Both the position numbers and the translations under genes were made by a program. Shown piece after piece: positions 24,487 through 33,591 of a stretch of DNA of 49,992 nt. The DNA comes from Candidatus Omnitrophota bacterium. GTDB taxonomy: Bacteria; Omnitrophota; Gorgyraeia; JABMRN01; RBG-13-46-9. The stretch lies in the NCBI GenBank assembly GCA_049642705.1, contig JBARPB010000068.1, positions 1 to 49,992 of the forward strand, in the 5' to 3' direction. The notes under the pieces are model-generated. The model saw nothing but the letters and a program-made list of their open reading frames with translations, was not told the DNA's origin and did not search any database. Within the stretch, counting starts at the first letter, position 1, and each line of letters begins with the position of its first letter.

Positions 24487-27400
24487 TTATACTGCCATCA
24501 GGATTTCTCTATATCTATTAATCTCTCTTTCTAGTTTATCTAAATCGACCTTCTCCATAGGCGGTAATATATACAGTAGCAGACCTTTCTTTATAATCTC
24601 TACGCCAGGTATATCGGGCACATCAAATCTCCTGGCCCATAATCTAAGTGCGAGGTCAAAAACCCTCTCCGTAATTCTATCTCGATACTGAACAACCACT
24701 ACCTTCTCTTCTTCTTCCTGTGCTGTTAAGAACGCTTCTTCTTCTTCGCTTAATCCCCTGTATTTGTCGATAATAAGTATATTTTCTGGAGCGTATCCTT
24801 CAGCGCGATATCTCTCATAAGCTTCCTTGATGTTCAAAGGCGGAGCTTCTCTCTCCGATAAATCCAGGCGTTCAGCTTTTACTACGTCGTCTATTCTCAT
24901 CTTCTCCAGCCAGTCTCGAGGTGCTTCTTTTATTACTCTCAATTCTTCTTCACTTAATTTGGCTTCTATGTCTAAATCAAACTGTTTTGCTCTTCTTCTA
25001 TGCATTTCGGCTGTCGTCTTTAATTCGCGTAATGAATAAACCGTAGCACGAATAAGGCCTTTCTTGGCTTCTTCTATACGATGTCCTACTACGAGCGGTA
25101 GCGGTTCCTGTGCTATATGTTCTCTTACTCTTTCTTCGGCTCGCAAATTATATATACTCAACTCTGCAAGTCTTTCGGATGCTATAGGCGTAAGCGCGGG
25201 AACGGAAAGCAAAGGAAGCTCTCCTAGCGCTGAGAGGACTATACCCTTGAATTCTTCATCCTGCTCCAGCCATTTCGGTGATATTAAATAGCCTTTTTTA
25301 GATCTTAAGGTGCGTATAAAGAGACTGAGTTTTTCTTGTTGTTTAAGTTCCGCAGGCGATACTCCCCTCTGTTGAGCCCTATAATGCATACGCGTAATAA
25401 CGGCTTCGAGAATCTCTTCTCTGTCTTTTCTTTGTTCAGGTGTAAGCTTACCTATTTCAGCACCGAATAATTGCTTTACTCTCTCTACAGTCGGTTTCTG
25501 CAACTCGGCTGTCACTCTTCTCCCTATCGCTTTTGTCTTTTCCTCTTCGCGAAGTTTCAGTATTGCTTCTTCAGGCACAACTTCATGAAGCGTTAATCTG
25601 CCTTCTTCGTTTCTCGTAAGAGCGACCTGATATTCAATCCTGCCTTCCTTGTAGTCTCTTATTACTATAACTTCTTTGCCATCAACCCTTGCCACTCTTA
25701 TGACAATGCCTTCGCCTTCCTCTATGCCAACGGCCTTTCCCTTTTCGTCTACTTGCACTCCGAATGTCTCGTCAAATTGCTCCAGCGTAATCGGTCTCTT
25801 ATAATGCGCCTCTCCTCTTCTCAGTCCTTCCATTACCTCAAGGTATTTACGAAACGCTTCACGATGTTCGAGTACAAGCAGTTCTATTGGCTTGCCCTTC
25901 AAATATGCCAATCCATATGCTCCAAATAAACCTCTTAAAATCTCTTCCGGCGTATCCGTCCAACAAAGAGCAGGCGCAGAAAGTATATATTCCTCTGTAT
26001 CAAGGAGTTTTTCATACGGCTGGCGCTTATTGGTGAGAACCGCTAAATAAGGCCTTTGCTCTCCTTCTTTGAATTTCGGCATAACCACAAGATAGGATAG
26101 ACCTTCTTCCTTCATAACCGAGGCTAGCCCTTTTGAGTGGAAACCGCCTGTTATGAGGGCTGCGAACTGTTCGGCATGTTTTTTCATTACCCGGATAGTA
26201 TTGGCTATCATAACCTTGTTACGTCGCTGGGCAATATTGTAAAATTCAACGGCTTCTTCTGTGTTGTCGAATATTATGCCAAGGTCGTACTCATGTTCAA
26301 AGATAAGGTTGTGTTTAGCGTAGTTTTTCTTTATGAAATCACTTATAAGGGTTCTATCAAAGTAGCGCTTTTTAGCCTTTATGAAGTCGTAGTCATTGTT
26401 ATTTAGGGATATTTTAAAGAGCCCATCTATGGTTCTTACGGCTTTGGTTAGGTTGTATAGGGTCCTTTCTTCATCGTTACGGAAGATCTTTTCCCTTATA
26501 TAGTCTTCAAACTGTTCTACTTCCTGGAATAGCACCAGTAGGTCTATATCTTCATATATAGTGATGTATCTTGTGAATTTAATAAGATTTGAACAGGGCT
26601 TTGGATCGAGTTTTATGTCTTGGGCAAGTCTTATCAAGTATTGCTGGAACTCTGTTTGGGATATTTTCCCTTTTTTGAAAGACAGTGATTCAAGGACAAG
26701 TTTCTCAAGCTCTCGCTTTGGAAGAACCTTGGATAGTTCATCTATAAGGAGCTTTCTTTCCTCGTTTGCTTTTACAAAGTCTATGTCTTTTTCGAGTTCT
26801 ATGGACTTTAATAATTTCGAGAGATTTTCGAATATTACTATTTCTATATTGTTTCTTTTTGCCAATTTCTCAACAAAATCCCAGTGTTTAGTGAAGGCGA
26901 GGTTGCCTTCTTGGTGAAGGATTGAGTTTTTATTAAGTTTAAGAAGGTCTTTTGAATATACCTTTGGCTCTATGGCTTTTAGAGTATTTAAAAGGCCCTG
27001 GATGTTTTCAAGACATACAACTTTCTTCTCCATTAACTTATTTAGGGCGTCTATGTTAGCTTGATAAAGCTGGCTATTTTCAATTCCATATAATTTTATT
27101 GGCTTTTCAGAGACAATGGAGAAGAACTCGCCCGCTGACATCTTGCCCTCTCTTATGAAATAATCGGCTATATCCTTCCTTATCTCAGGATCCGGGAAGG
27201 TCTTAAGTAGGGATATATCTACGGGCCCTTCTGCGCCTTCAAGGGCTATCAATTCAAGGTCATAGTTTGAGGCGAGGTTTTCTAGGATTTTAACTATGGA
27301 GTATTGTGCGGTAAGGGATGCGTGGGCATCCTGGATATTTATGACGACTTCATCCCCGCTTGTAGAAAATGCCTCCTGGGGGGTGCCTGCGTCATACGGA

Positions 27401-27552
27401 ATCTTTATTCCATTTAAGATAACTCTTCCGTTAATCTTAATGACCGGCTTTGCCTGGTGCCATATGGGGGTTCCGCCCTGTGTCCAGCTTATATCATAAA
27501 ATAAAAAGGCAAATAGTAAGATAAATGCTATTGCCTTATACCAAGTTTTCAT
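24487..27552 (-). CDS. Signal-anchored 1,021-aa protein; stand-alone paralogue of the N-terminal ~640 aa of giant protein 1, with a unique Glu/Arg-rich C-terminal half
   Basis: ORF on the track. GAGGT lies 9 nt upstream of the ATG and the stop is TAA. The N-terminal hydrophobic helix is followed by the conserved GGTPIWHQAKP. There is long collinear similarity to the hand-translated 22000-23915 product. I recognised no domain in aa ~660-1021. Confidence 0.85.
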   Translation of the reverse strand: MKTWYKAIAFILLFAFLFYDISWTQGGTPIWHQAKPVIKINGRVILNGIKIPYDAGTPQEAFSTSGDEVVINIQDAHASLTAQYSIVKILENLASNYDLELIALEGAEGPVDISLLKTFPDPEIRKDIADYFIREGKMSAGEFFSIVSEKPIKLYGIENSQLYQANIDALNKLMEKKVVCLENIQGLLNTLKAIEPKVYSKDLLKLNKNSILHQEGNLAFTKHWDFVEKLAKRNNIEIVIFENLSKLLKSIELEKDIDFVKANEERKLLIDELSKVLPKRELEKLVLESLSFKKGKISQTEFQQYLIRLAQDIKLDPKPCSNLIKFTRYITIYEDIDLLVLFQEVEQFEDYIREKIFRNDEERTLYNLTKAVRTIDGLFKISLNNNDYDFIKAKKRYFDRTLISDFIKKNYAKHNLIFEHEYDLGIIFDNTEEAVEFYNIAQRRNKVMIANTIRVMKKHAEQFAALITGGFHSKGLASVMKEEGLSYLVVMPKFKEGEQRPYLAVLTNKRQPYEKLLDTEEYILSAPALCWTDTPEEILRGLFGAYGLAYLKGKPIELLVLEHREAFRKYLEVMEGLRRGEAHYKRPITLEQFDETFGVQVDEKGKAVGIEEGEGIVIRVARVDGKEVIVIRDYKEGRIEYQVALTRNEEGRLTLHEVVPEEAILKLREEEKTKAIGRRVTAELQKPTVERVKQLFGAEIGKLTPEQRKDREEILEAVITRMHYRAQQRGVSPAELKQQEKLSLFIRTLRSKKGYLISPKWLEQDEEFKGIVLSALGELPLLSVPALTPIASERLAELSIYNLRAEERVREHIAQEPLPLVVGHRIEEAKKGLIRATVYSLRELKTTAEMHRRRAKQFDLDIEAKLSEEELRVIKEAPRDWLEKMRIDDVVKAERLDLSEREAPPLNIKEAYERYRAEGYAPENILIIDKYRGLSEEEEAFLTAQEEEEKVVVVQYRDRITERVFDLALRLWARRFDVPDIPGVEIIKKGLLLYILPPMEKVDLDKLEREINRYREILMAV

Positions 27553-27600
27553 TTTAGGTTACCTCGCTTCTTAATACTTTGTTTAACTCTAAAAGATGTT

Positions 27601-27659
27601 AGGATAAAAAATATGCTGTATCAGCATTTTAAGGTGTGAAATCTTACCTTTTTTATCCT
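27601..27659 (-). promoter_or_regulatory. Nested inverted repeat in the 5' leader of ORF 24487-27552
   Basis: A perfect 11-bp outer inverted repeat, AGGATAAAAAA (27601-27611) and TTTTTTATCCT (27649-27659), encloses the palindrome ATGCTG-TAT-CAGCAT (27613-27627). It lies between the candidate promoter and the start codon. Confidence 0.45.
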
Positions 27660-27674
27660 TTAACTTACACTACA

Positions 27675-27702
27675 AGTATATCATATTATATGATTATGTC
27701 AA
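27675..27702 (-). promoter_or_regulatory. Candidate sigma70-type promoter TTGACA-N16-TATACT
   Basis: The minus strand has TTGACA at 27702-27697 and TATACT at 27680-27675 with a 16-nt spacer. It sits about 120 nt upstream of ATG 27552, in the 273-nt gap after the TPM gene. Confidence 0.5.
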
Positions 27703-27825
27703 GAAATCAAACCTAACTATTTTATACCTTAATTCTTATATACTCCTCGCCACTCGAGTAGACTGGGATTATTGATTTATGTGGTAAAGAATCCTGATAC
27801 ACTACTGCTACATTGAGATATTGGT

Positions 27826-28443
27826 CTAAAGGCTATTTTGGGGGTGTTTTTTGACGATACGTCTGATAAGAAAGAAGGTAAGTATAATGAGAAATGCTGT
27901 TACTATGTTTTTTGGTGTCAGAAATAGAGGGCCCTGCGGAATTTCTGCGGCATTCAATATTTCGACAATAGCTTCTGTGCCTTTTTTTATGCCCTCGGCG
28001 TAATTTCCCATGTTGAATTCAGGCGCAATTTTGTTTTGTATAATATCCTTGATTATAGGGTCTGTTAATATGCCCTTAAGATTCTGGCCTACGCCTATGG
28101 TCATTCGTCCTTCCTGTAAGGCAATGAGCAATATTACGCCGTTATCTCTCCTTCCCTTTTTAATCTCCCGCCATTTTTCGCCGTACGCCAGCACAAAATT
28201 CTCGAATTGCCAGCCATCCAGGGAACGAAAAGTGGCTACAATCATCTCTGCCCTGTCCGGTGTTTCCTGCTTCACCGAGGATATAAGTTTTTTGAGATAA
28301 TTTTCGGCATTCTGGTCGAGAATGCCGGCGTAATCGTTTATGGGCGTCTCTGTCCTGCCGGGAACCGGGATCCTGGCAAATCCTGTTTCCGCATAAAAAA
28401 TAGTGAGAACTGATACTGCAAAAATGACAAATACCCTTTTCAT
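27826..28443 (-). CDS. TPM-domain (TLP18.3/Psb32/MOLO-1 family) protein with signal peptide and C-terminal TM helix
   Basis: N-terminal hydrophobic leader. INDYAGILDQNAENYLKKL...EMIVATFRSLDG...NGVILLIALQEGRMTIGVGQNLKGILTD...GNYAEGI matches the TPM pattern (v.D.agiL...ei.vvtv.sl.g...nGvlll.a...r..rI.vG.gle). The C-terminal helix is IVTAFLIILTFFLI. The start overlaps the upstream stop (ATGA). Confidence 0.8.
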   Translation of the reverse strand: MKRVFVIFAVSVLTIFYAETGFARIPVPGRTETPINDYAGILDQNAENYLKKLISSVKQETPDRAEMIVATFRSLDGWQFENFVLAYGEKWREIKKGRRDNGVILLIALQEGRMTIGVGQNLKGILTDPIIKDIIQNKIAPEFNMGNYAEGIKKGTEAIVEILNAAEIPQGPLFLTPKNIVTAFLIILTFFLIRRIVKKHPQNSL

Positions 28444-29921
28444 TTGGATTTTAATCCCTCCTTGTCGATTTTTCCGTAACTATTTCTGGGCATTATTTTC
28501 ACCATCGCGATGCGCGAGGGCATCTTGTAAGGCGGCAGGCGCTCTTTACATATTTGCCTGATTTCCTCGCGGCTCATCGCCTGCCCGTGCATCAGGGTTA
28601 CAAAAATTTTGATCCTCTCGCCCAGGATCTTATCGGGCACACCTATTACAGCCGCTTCCATTACCCTCTCGTCTTCGGTTATAAGGTATTCTATTTCCCG
28701 CGGGTTTACGCGACGGCCCCCTACCTTTATAAAATCTTTCTTGCGGCCGGCTATAAAAATATCGCCGTCTTCGTCCCTGAAAGCAATATCTCCTGTATGA
28801 AGCCACCCTTTTTTTATAACCCTTCCGGTTTCTCTATTTTTGCCCCAATAGCCGAGCATAATGTTTTTACCCAGGGCTAATATTTCGCCTTTCTCGCCGG
28901 GTTTACATGGCTTATTCTTATTATTAACAATCCTTACTTTAACCCCGGGGATAGCCTTGCCTATAGAATCGGGTTTCTTCGCGGCCAGAGAAGGGTCAAG
29001 ATAGGTCAGTCTCGGCGAGGCCTCGGTCTGCCCGTACATCAGATAGAGTTTTTTACCGGGAAAGGTGTTTATTAGCTCCCGGGTTATTCCGGGAGGCATG
29101 GCATCACCTGCCTGCATAAAGTACCGCAAGGAAGCAAGTGCCCTTTTCCCGATTTCGCTTTTATGAAGCAGGATTGAATAGTGCGATGAAACACCGGCAA
29201 AGCCCGTGGCCTTAAACCTCTCGATGGTGCCCAGCACTACATTAGGGTACATAAAACGGTTATCGAGAATAATCGTCCCTCCTGCTAGAAAAGGGGAGAA
29301 TAAAAGCGATAGGCCGTAGATATAATAAAAGGGTAATACGCAACAAATCCTGTCAGAAGAAGTGATTTTCGCGTATTTTATAACGGATTTACTGTTCGAA
29401 ATTAAGTTTCTGTGGCTAAGCATCACCCCGATGGGCACCTTCGCCGTGCCGGAAGTATATATTATCGACGCCGGGTCGTTTTGCAAAACACGGGGTAATT
29501 TAGCGATTTTAGCGGACGGCGGGTTATCCCTGATGGTAAATCTTACGGATTTCACCTTTTTTTTGACGTTTTTTGCTTTCTTTTTTAAATCTTTTCCCGC
29601 GTATATCGCTCTAATCCTACAGTTATCGGCCTCTCTGACTATATCGCGCCAATCAAGGGTATGGTTTAACGGGACGGAAATACCCCCGGAGCGTGATACC
29701 GCAAAATATACCGCTACACACGAAATTGAATTGCGCGAGAGGATTCCGACTCTTTCTCCCTTTTTGAGGCCCTTTCTCAGGATTTCGTCTGCAATGGCCT
29801 TGACTTTTTTATCGAGTTTTTGATATGTAATTGACCGGCCCGTATCGGCCTCTATGACGGCTTTGCTGCGTGGCCGTTTTCCGGCCGCATCAGAGACAAG
29901 GTCGTGGAGACAGGAAATCAT
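28440..29921 (-). CDS. AMP-dependent synthetase/ligase (ANL superfamily; DltA-like or acyl-ACP-ligase-like adenylating enzyme)
   Basis: IIYTSGTAKVPIGVMLSHRNL (the YTSGTTG.PKGV core), MYGQTEAS, GWLHTGDIAFRDEDGDIFIAGRKKDFIKVGGRRVNPREIE and PRNSYGKIDK are the canonical A3, A5, A7/A8 and A10 adenylation motifs. Confidence 0.9.
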   Translation of the reverse strand: MISCLHDLVSDAAGKRPRSKAVIEADTGRSITYQKLDKKVKAIADEILRKGLKKGERVGILSRNSISCVAVYFAVSRSGGISVPLNHTLDWRDIVREADNCRIRAIYAGKDLKKKAKNVKKKVKSVRFTIRDNPPSAKIAKLPRVLQNDPASIIYTSGTAKVPIGVMLSHRNLISNSKSVIKYAKITSSDRICCVLPFYYIYGLSLLFSPFLAGGTIILDNRFMYPNVVLGTIERFKATGFAGVSSHYSILLHKSEIGKRALASLRYFMQAGDAMPPGITRELINTFPGKKLYLMYGQTEASPRLTYLDPSLAAKKPDSIGKAIPGVKVRIVNNKNKPCKPGEKGEILALGKNIMLGYWGKNRETGRVIKKGWLHTGDIAFRDEDGDIFIAGRKKDFIKVGGRRVNPREIEYLITEDERVMEAAVIGVPDKILGERIKIFVTLMHGQAMSREEIRQICKERLPPYKMPSRIAMVKIMPRNSYGKIDKEGLKSK

Positions 29922-29922
29922 A

Positions 29923-30171
29923 TCATTTCGACTTTAGTTTTTTTGTTATATATCTTTCGAGATTATTAAGCGTATCAAAGTTTTCCGGCATGATTTCCGG
30001 TACTTCTATCTTAATGCCGTATTTTTCCTGGATGAAGCTGGCAAGTTCGATAACACCTATGGAATCAATAATGCCTTTTTCAAGAAACGAGTCGCCGTCG
30101 TCCAAACGGGCGGAGTCGCTTTTGAGGTAATTAGAGATGATAAATCTCCTTAGCTCTTCTTTTATATGCAT
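29923..30171 (-). CDS. Acyl/peptidyl carrier protein (DltC-like ACP)
   Basis: 82 aa. LEKGIIDSIGVIELASFIQEKYGI contains the D-S-[IL] phosphopantetheine-attachment motif. The gene ends 1 nt before the ligase start codon. Confidence 0.8.
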   Translation of the reverse strand: MHIKEELRRFIISNYLKSDSARLDDGDSFLEKGIIDSIGVIELASFIQEKYGIKIEVPEIMPENFDTLNNLERYITKKLKSK

Positions 30172-31154
30172 AGCCTCTTTTTTGCCGCCTGTATTACTTT
30201 CTTGTTTTTGCGGAAAGGTATATGCTTTAAGCCCTCTTCCCGCCTCATGTACCCTTCCCTTACAAGATTCGCTATTTCCAGGACATACGGGTGGAAACCG
30301 TGCCTTCTTATATGCACAAGGTCAGCCAGGGGGTTCAAAAGGCAATTTGTGGCGTTCAATTCGACCCCAGCGGGCATCTTCCATCCGAGATTTTTTATTC
30401 TATTCAATACCCTTTTCTCGTTATAGTCCAAAAAAGCGAGGGGGTGTACAAAAATAGGGAACTTCTTCCCTTTAGCGTAATGGCGCTCATTTAAGAAATA
30501 GGCCTCTATGGCCCTGCCGGCTATTTTTCGCAGCGGTTTTTTCAGCGCTTTCTCCATGTTTTTTATCATTGCGGGGTTTATTTTAAGCACGGAAGACGTA
30601 ACCGGCGCCTGTCCGGGAGACCACCCGAAACCTACAAGAGGAATCTCCTTTTCGACGGCGATTTTTAAGGACGCGTACTTGACGAGCCCTATGCACGAGG
30701 TGCACACGGCGCTTGCCCTTTCCGAAGCTTTCGGAGAATAGAGAGACCTCTTTAGGGCTGTTTTAAATATTTTTTTTAATATATCGAAACGCGGTTTAAA
30801 AATCATGTGGTCGATGCCCAACTTCTCGACGACGTTACGCATATTAACGTAGGTCCTCCCCGGGATGAAGCCGTTGTCAAGCGTAAAGGCCAGTATCTTT
30901 AGCTTGTATTTATTCTTTAACTCGCTAAGCGTGTATGTTGAGTCCTTTCCCCCGCTGTAACACATAAGAACATCATATTGTCCTTTACCGGCAACCTTCT
31001 TAAGGAGTGTCTGAAATTTCCCCCTGTATTCGCTCTTTAATTTTTTCTGCACCTTCCGCCCGCGGTAGGCCCGGCACAGGCTGCAGACACCTTTTCTGTC
31101 AAACCTTATATGTGGAAAATTCTCCGGCAGAATACAGCGTTTACACCTTTTCAT
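30162..31154 (-). CDS. PP-loop ATP pyrophosphatase, N-acetyl-sugar amidotransferase family (WbpG/PseA-like)
   Basis: An N-terminal Cys-rich ribbon (CKRCILPENFPHIRFDRKGVCSLC) is followed by the CYSGGKDS PP-loop. Length and order match what I recall for the TIGR03573-type LPS-sugar amidotransferases. Confidence 0.7.
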   Translation of the reverse strand: MKRCKRCILPENFPHIRFDRKGVCSLCRAYRGRKVQKKLKSEYRGKFQTLLKKVAGKGQYDVLMCYSGGKDSTYTLSELKNKYKLKILAFTLDNGFIPGRTYVNMRNVVEKLGIDHMIFKPRFDILKKIFKTALKRSLYSPKASERASAVCTSCIGLVKYASLKIAVEKEIPLVGFGWSPGQAPVTSSVLKINPAMIKNMEKALKKPLRKIAGRAIEAYFLNERHYAKGKKFPIFVHPLAFLDYNEKRVLNRIKNLGWKMPAGVELNATNCLLNPLADLVHIRRHGFHPYVLEIANLVREGYMRREEGLKHIPFRKNKKVIQAAKKRLCI

Positions 31155-31169
31155 GCGATATCTCCTGTT

Positions 31170-32165
31170 TTATTTTTTTTCCGTCTTAACGAAATACGGA
31201 GCGAATGCCATTTTCTTAAAATATTCGGTATAAATCTCAGAGCCCTCTTTGTTCACGTGCGAAGGGTCTCCGAAATAACTGTTCTTCAGGTAAAGTATGG
31301 GTTTCCGGACAAAAAGCGATCTCGGGTATCTTATTTTCAGGCGCCTGAAAAACTTCCGGTAATCGTTGTCGAAATTGTTCTTTTCGAAAATGCCGTAAAG
31401 TTCCTCGGGAAGAAGGAACCCCAGGAAAATAACTTTGATGTTTTTCGAAGACGCGAGTTTCATGAGTTTGTCCAGGTATTCCGTGTCCCTTGCTGAAATT
31501 GAAATACCATCCTGTATGCGCCCTGTGTGAGTAGCAAAATAATCTCCGCTAATGGCATTGCCGGCACTTGGGGCAGGCATGAAACCGTGGTTTTTTATCA
31601 TCTTTTCCACGAAAACCTTGTTGGAATAAGGGTATTTGTCCCTTACGGTAAGTCCCACCTTTCGCAAATCGAGGCTCGCCCAGTATCTCGTGATAAAAAC
31701 CCGCCTTTCTTTCCAGGTCAAATCGTTCCAGATAGAGATAAATTCCGGAATGCTTACAAAATACCTGAGTATTGTAAAAAGGGAGTCGTGCGGGTCTTCG
31801 GGGTCAATATACAGGAATACGGCTTCCGGCGGGTTGTGCCTTTTCAGGTACCTTTTAAGCAAAAGATATAAACTCATCGGTTTTCCGCCCGGAAGGCCTA
31901 AATTCAAGATTTCTTTGTTAACGGCCGTGGGATTTATGCCTGTTTTCTGGATGCTGTCGCCTACGATGAGGTATTTGTAATTTTCCGGAAGGTCCAGCAA
32001 GGCGCGTTCGTTTATGAGGAACTTGTTCCAGTAATCTTCTATAAGCTCGGCCCTGTTGGCGTAGATAAACCATTCCGTCAGCAGAAAAAGCGTCGCCGCA
32101 ATTAAAAACGCCGCCGGTATTCTTTTAAAACTGGAAGTAGTAATATTTTTGCGCACTGAAGTCAC
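31170..32165 (-). CDS. Membrane-anchored SGNH/GDSL-like protein (DltD/AlgJ-like O-acyltransferase partner of the MBOAT)
   Basis: N-terminal TM helix (IPAAFLIAATLFLLTEWFIY), a GDS block (LIVGDSIQ) and a C-terminal D-x-x-H (GDPSHVNKEG). It lies immediately downstream of the MBOAT gene and overlaps it by 41 nt. Confidence 0.55.
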   Translation of the reverse strand: MTSVRKNITTSSFKRIPAAFLIAATLFLLTEWFIYANRAELIEDYWNKFLINERALLDLPENYKYLIVGDSIQKTGINPTAVNKEILNLGLPGGKPMSLYLLLKRYLKRHNPPEAVFLYIDPEDPHDSLFTILRYFVSIPEFISIWNDLTWKERRVFITRYWASLDLRKVGLTVRDKYPYSNKVFVEKMIKNHGFMPAPSAGNAISGDYFATHTGRIQDGISISARDTEYLDKLMKLASSKNIKVIFLGFLLPEELYGIFEKNNFDNDYRKFFRRLKIRYPRSLFVRKPILYLKNSYFGDPSHVNKEGSEIYTEYFKKMAFAPYFVKTEKK

Positions 32166-33561
32166 CGTACATTATTATCAAGTATAGCAGAACGTAATAA
32201 ACGGCCGCCCTCGCGAGGATAGGCCACTTGAATAGCGCGAGTTCGTCGTCTTTTCTGTATTGAAAAAATTCCACGAACAAAACGGGTAACGCAAGAAGCA
32301 GGAATAAAGTCGATATATAGGTGTTGAAATACGCGGGAGAGAAAAGCCCGGTGGCAATGCTGTGCAGGATCTCAAAAACCTGGGGAGTGGTCTCCGCGGC
32401 AAAAAATAAAATACCCACGGAGAAAAGATGAAACACGAGTAGGATCTTAAGCGTAAGCCAGATGCCTGAGAGGAAATTCTTCTCTTTTCCGCCAATCAAA
32501 AGAAGGTAAGGGCGTATGCGGCTATAGATAACGAGAATCACACCGTGGTAGACGCCCCACAGGACAAATTTCCACATCGCCCCGTGCCAGAGGCCCATTA
32601 TTGCCCATGTAATTATCACTACAATGGGGGCGCTTAGGCGCCTCCCGAAAAACTTCGCTAAAGCAAGGGGGTAATAGAGATATTCCTTTATCCATGTCGT
32701 CAGACTTATGTGCCACCTCTGCCAGAAGTCATAGAGGTTTGACGAGAAGAAAGGCACGCGGAAATTCACCATCAAGTTAAAGCCCAGGAGCTTTGCAAGC
32801 CCCCTTGCCATATTTGAATAGCCGGAGAAATCCGCGTAAACCTGAAACGCAAAAGCGTAAGTCGCAATAAGGGCGGCGCTCCCCGCGAAGGCACTGCCCC
32901 CGCGCCCAAACGCCATATCCGTTATCTTAGCGAGGTTATCGGCTATTACTATTTTTTTAAAAAGCCCCCAGAATATAAGCCAGCACCCGCCGTAAAATGC
33001 ATCCAGCGTAATATTTCTTTTATTGGCTATCTGGGGAATGAGGTTCCGCGCCCTCTCTATGGGACCCGCTACAAGCTGCGGGAAGAATGCGATAAAAAGG
33101 GCGAAATTAAAGAAGCGCCTCGTCGGCTTTATTACCCGCCGGTATATATCGATGGGGTAACTCATCGCCTGGAAGGTGTAAAAAGAGATACCGAGCGGCA
33201 GCACTATGCGTAAGGTAACCCTGCTTACCCGCCAGCCGAAACCCCAAAGAAGAATCTGTAGATTGTCTGCGAAAAAATTAAAGTATTTAAAGAAACCCAG
33301 CATGCCCAGGTTAAGGCATATGGCTATTACAAGGAAAATCTTACTCTTACGCCTGTCGGAGGCGCTGTTTATCTTAAGGCCCAGGTAATAGTTGAAAAAT
33401 GTCGATAGAATTATAAGGGAAAGAAACCGCCAGTCCCAGAAGGAATAGAATACGTAACTGGCAAGGAGAAGAAGCAGGTTCTGCCATTTGTGCTTCAGGC
33501 ACAGGTATAGGCCGTATACAATTAAGAAAAATAGCGCGAACTGAAGGGAATTAAATAACAT
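32125..33561 (-). CDS. MBOAT-family membrane O-acyltransferase (AlgI/DltB-like)
   Basis: Typical N-terminus MLFNSLQFALFFL. Polytopic. FWQRWHISLTTWIKEYLYYPL and GLWHG carry the conserved MBOAT histidines. Confidence 0.9.
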   Translation of the reverse strand: MLFNSLQFALFFLIVYGLYLCLKHKWQNLLLLLASYVFYSFWDWRFLSLIILSTFFNYYLGLKINSASDRRKSKIFLVIAICLNLGMLGFFKYFNFFADNLQILLWGFGWRVSRVTLRIVLPLGISFYTFQAMSYPIDIYRRVIKPTRRFFNFALFIAFFPQLVAGPIERARNLIPQIANKRNITLDAFYGGCWLIFWGLFKKIVIADNLAKITDMAFGRGGSAFAGSAALIATYAFAFQVYADFSGYSNMARGLAKLLGFNLMVNFRVPFFSSNLYDFWQRWHISLTTWIKEYLYYPLALAKFFGRRLSAPIVVIITWAIMGLWHGAMWKFVLWGVYHGVILVIYSRIRPYLLLIGGKEKNFLSGIWLTLKILLVFHLFSVGILFFAAETTPQVFEILHSIATGLFSPAYFNTYISTLFLLLALPVLFVEFFQYRKDDELALFKWPILARAAVYYVLLYLIIMYGDFSAQKYYYFQF

Positions 33562-33591
33562 ATACGATAATTATATCATATATATTCTTTG

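Noticed and set aside
24377-24691. + strand 104-aa ORF with a strong SD, considered as a real protein gene
   Set aside because: The frame reads straight through two hairpins and a terminator-like T tract, then continues antisense into the 1,021-aa gene. I kept it only as an RNA-level curiosity (see findings).
27703-27825. Intrinsic terminator downstream of the TPM gene
   Set aside because: Only an 8-bp palindrome (ACTCGAGT) is present, with no GC-rich stem or U tract. I could not support a terminator here.
28010-31980. + strand ORFs inside the Dlt-like operon (for example 29362-29823, 31110-31496, 31527-31980)
   Set aside because: They lie antisense to minus-strand genes that carry canonical family motifs (ANL, ACP, PP-loop, SGNH). 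They have no motifs of their own.
32178-32716. Two minus-strand ORFs (105 aa and 64 aa) inside the MBOAT gene
   Set aside because: They are off-frame overlaps of a gene with unmistakable MBOAT motifs, and their composition is Arg/Ser/Pro-rich.
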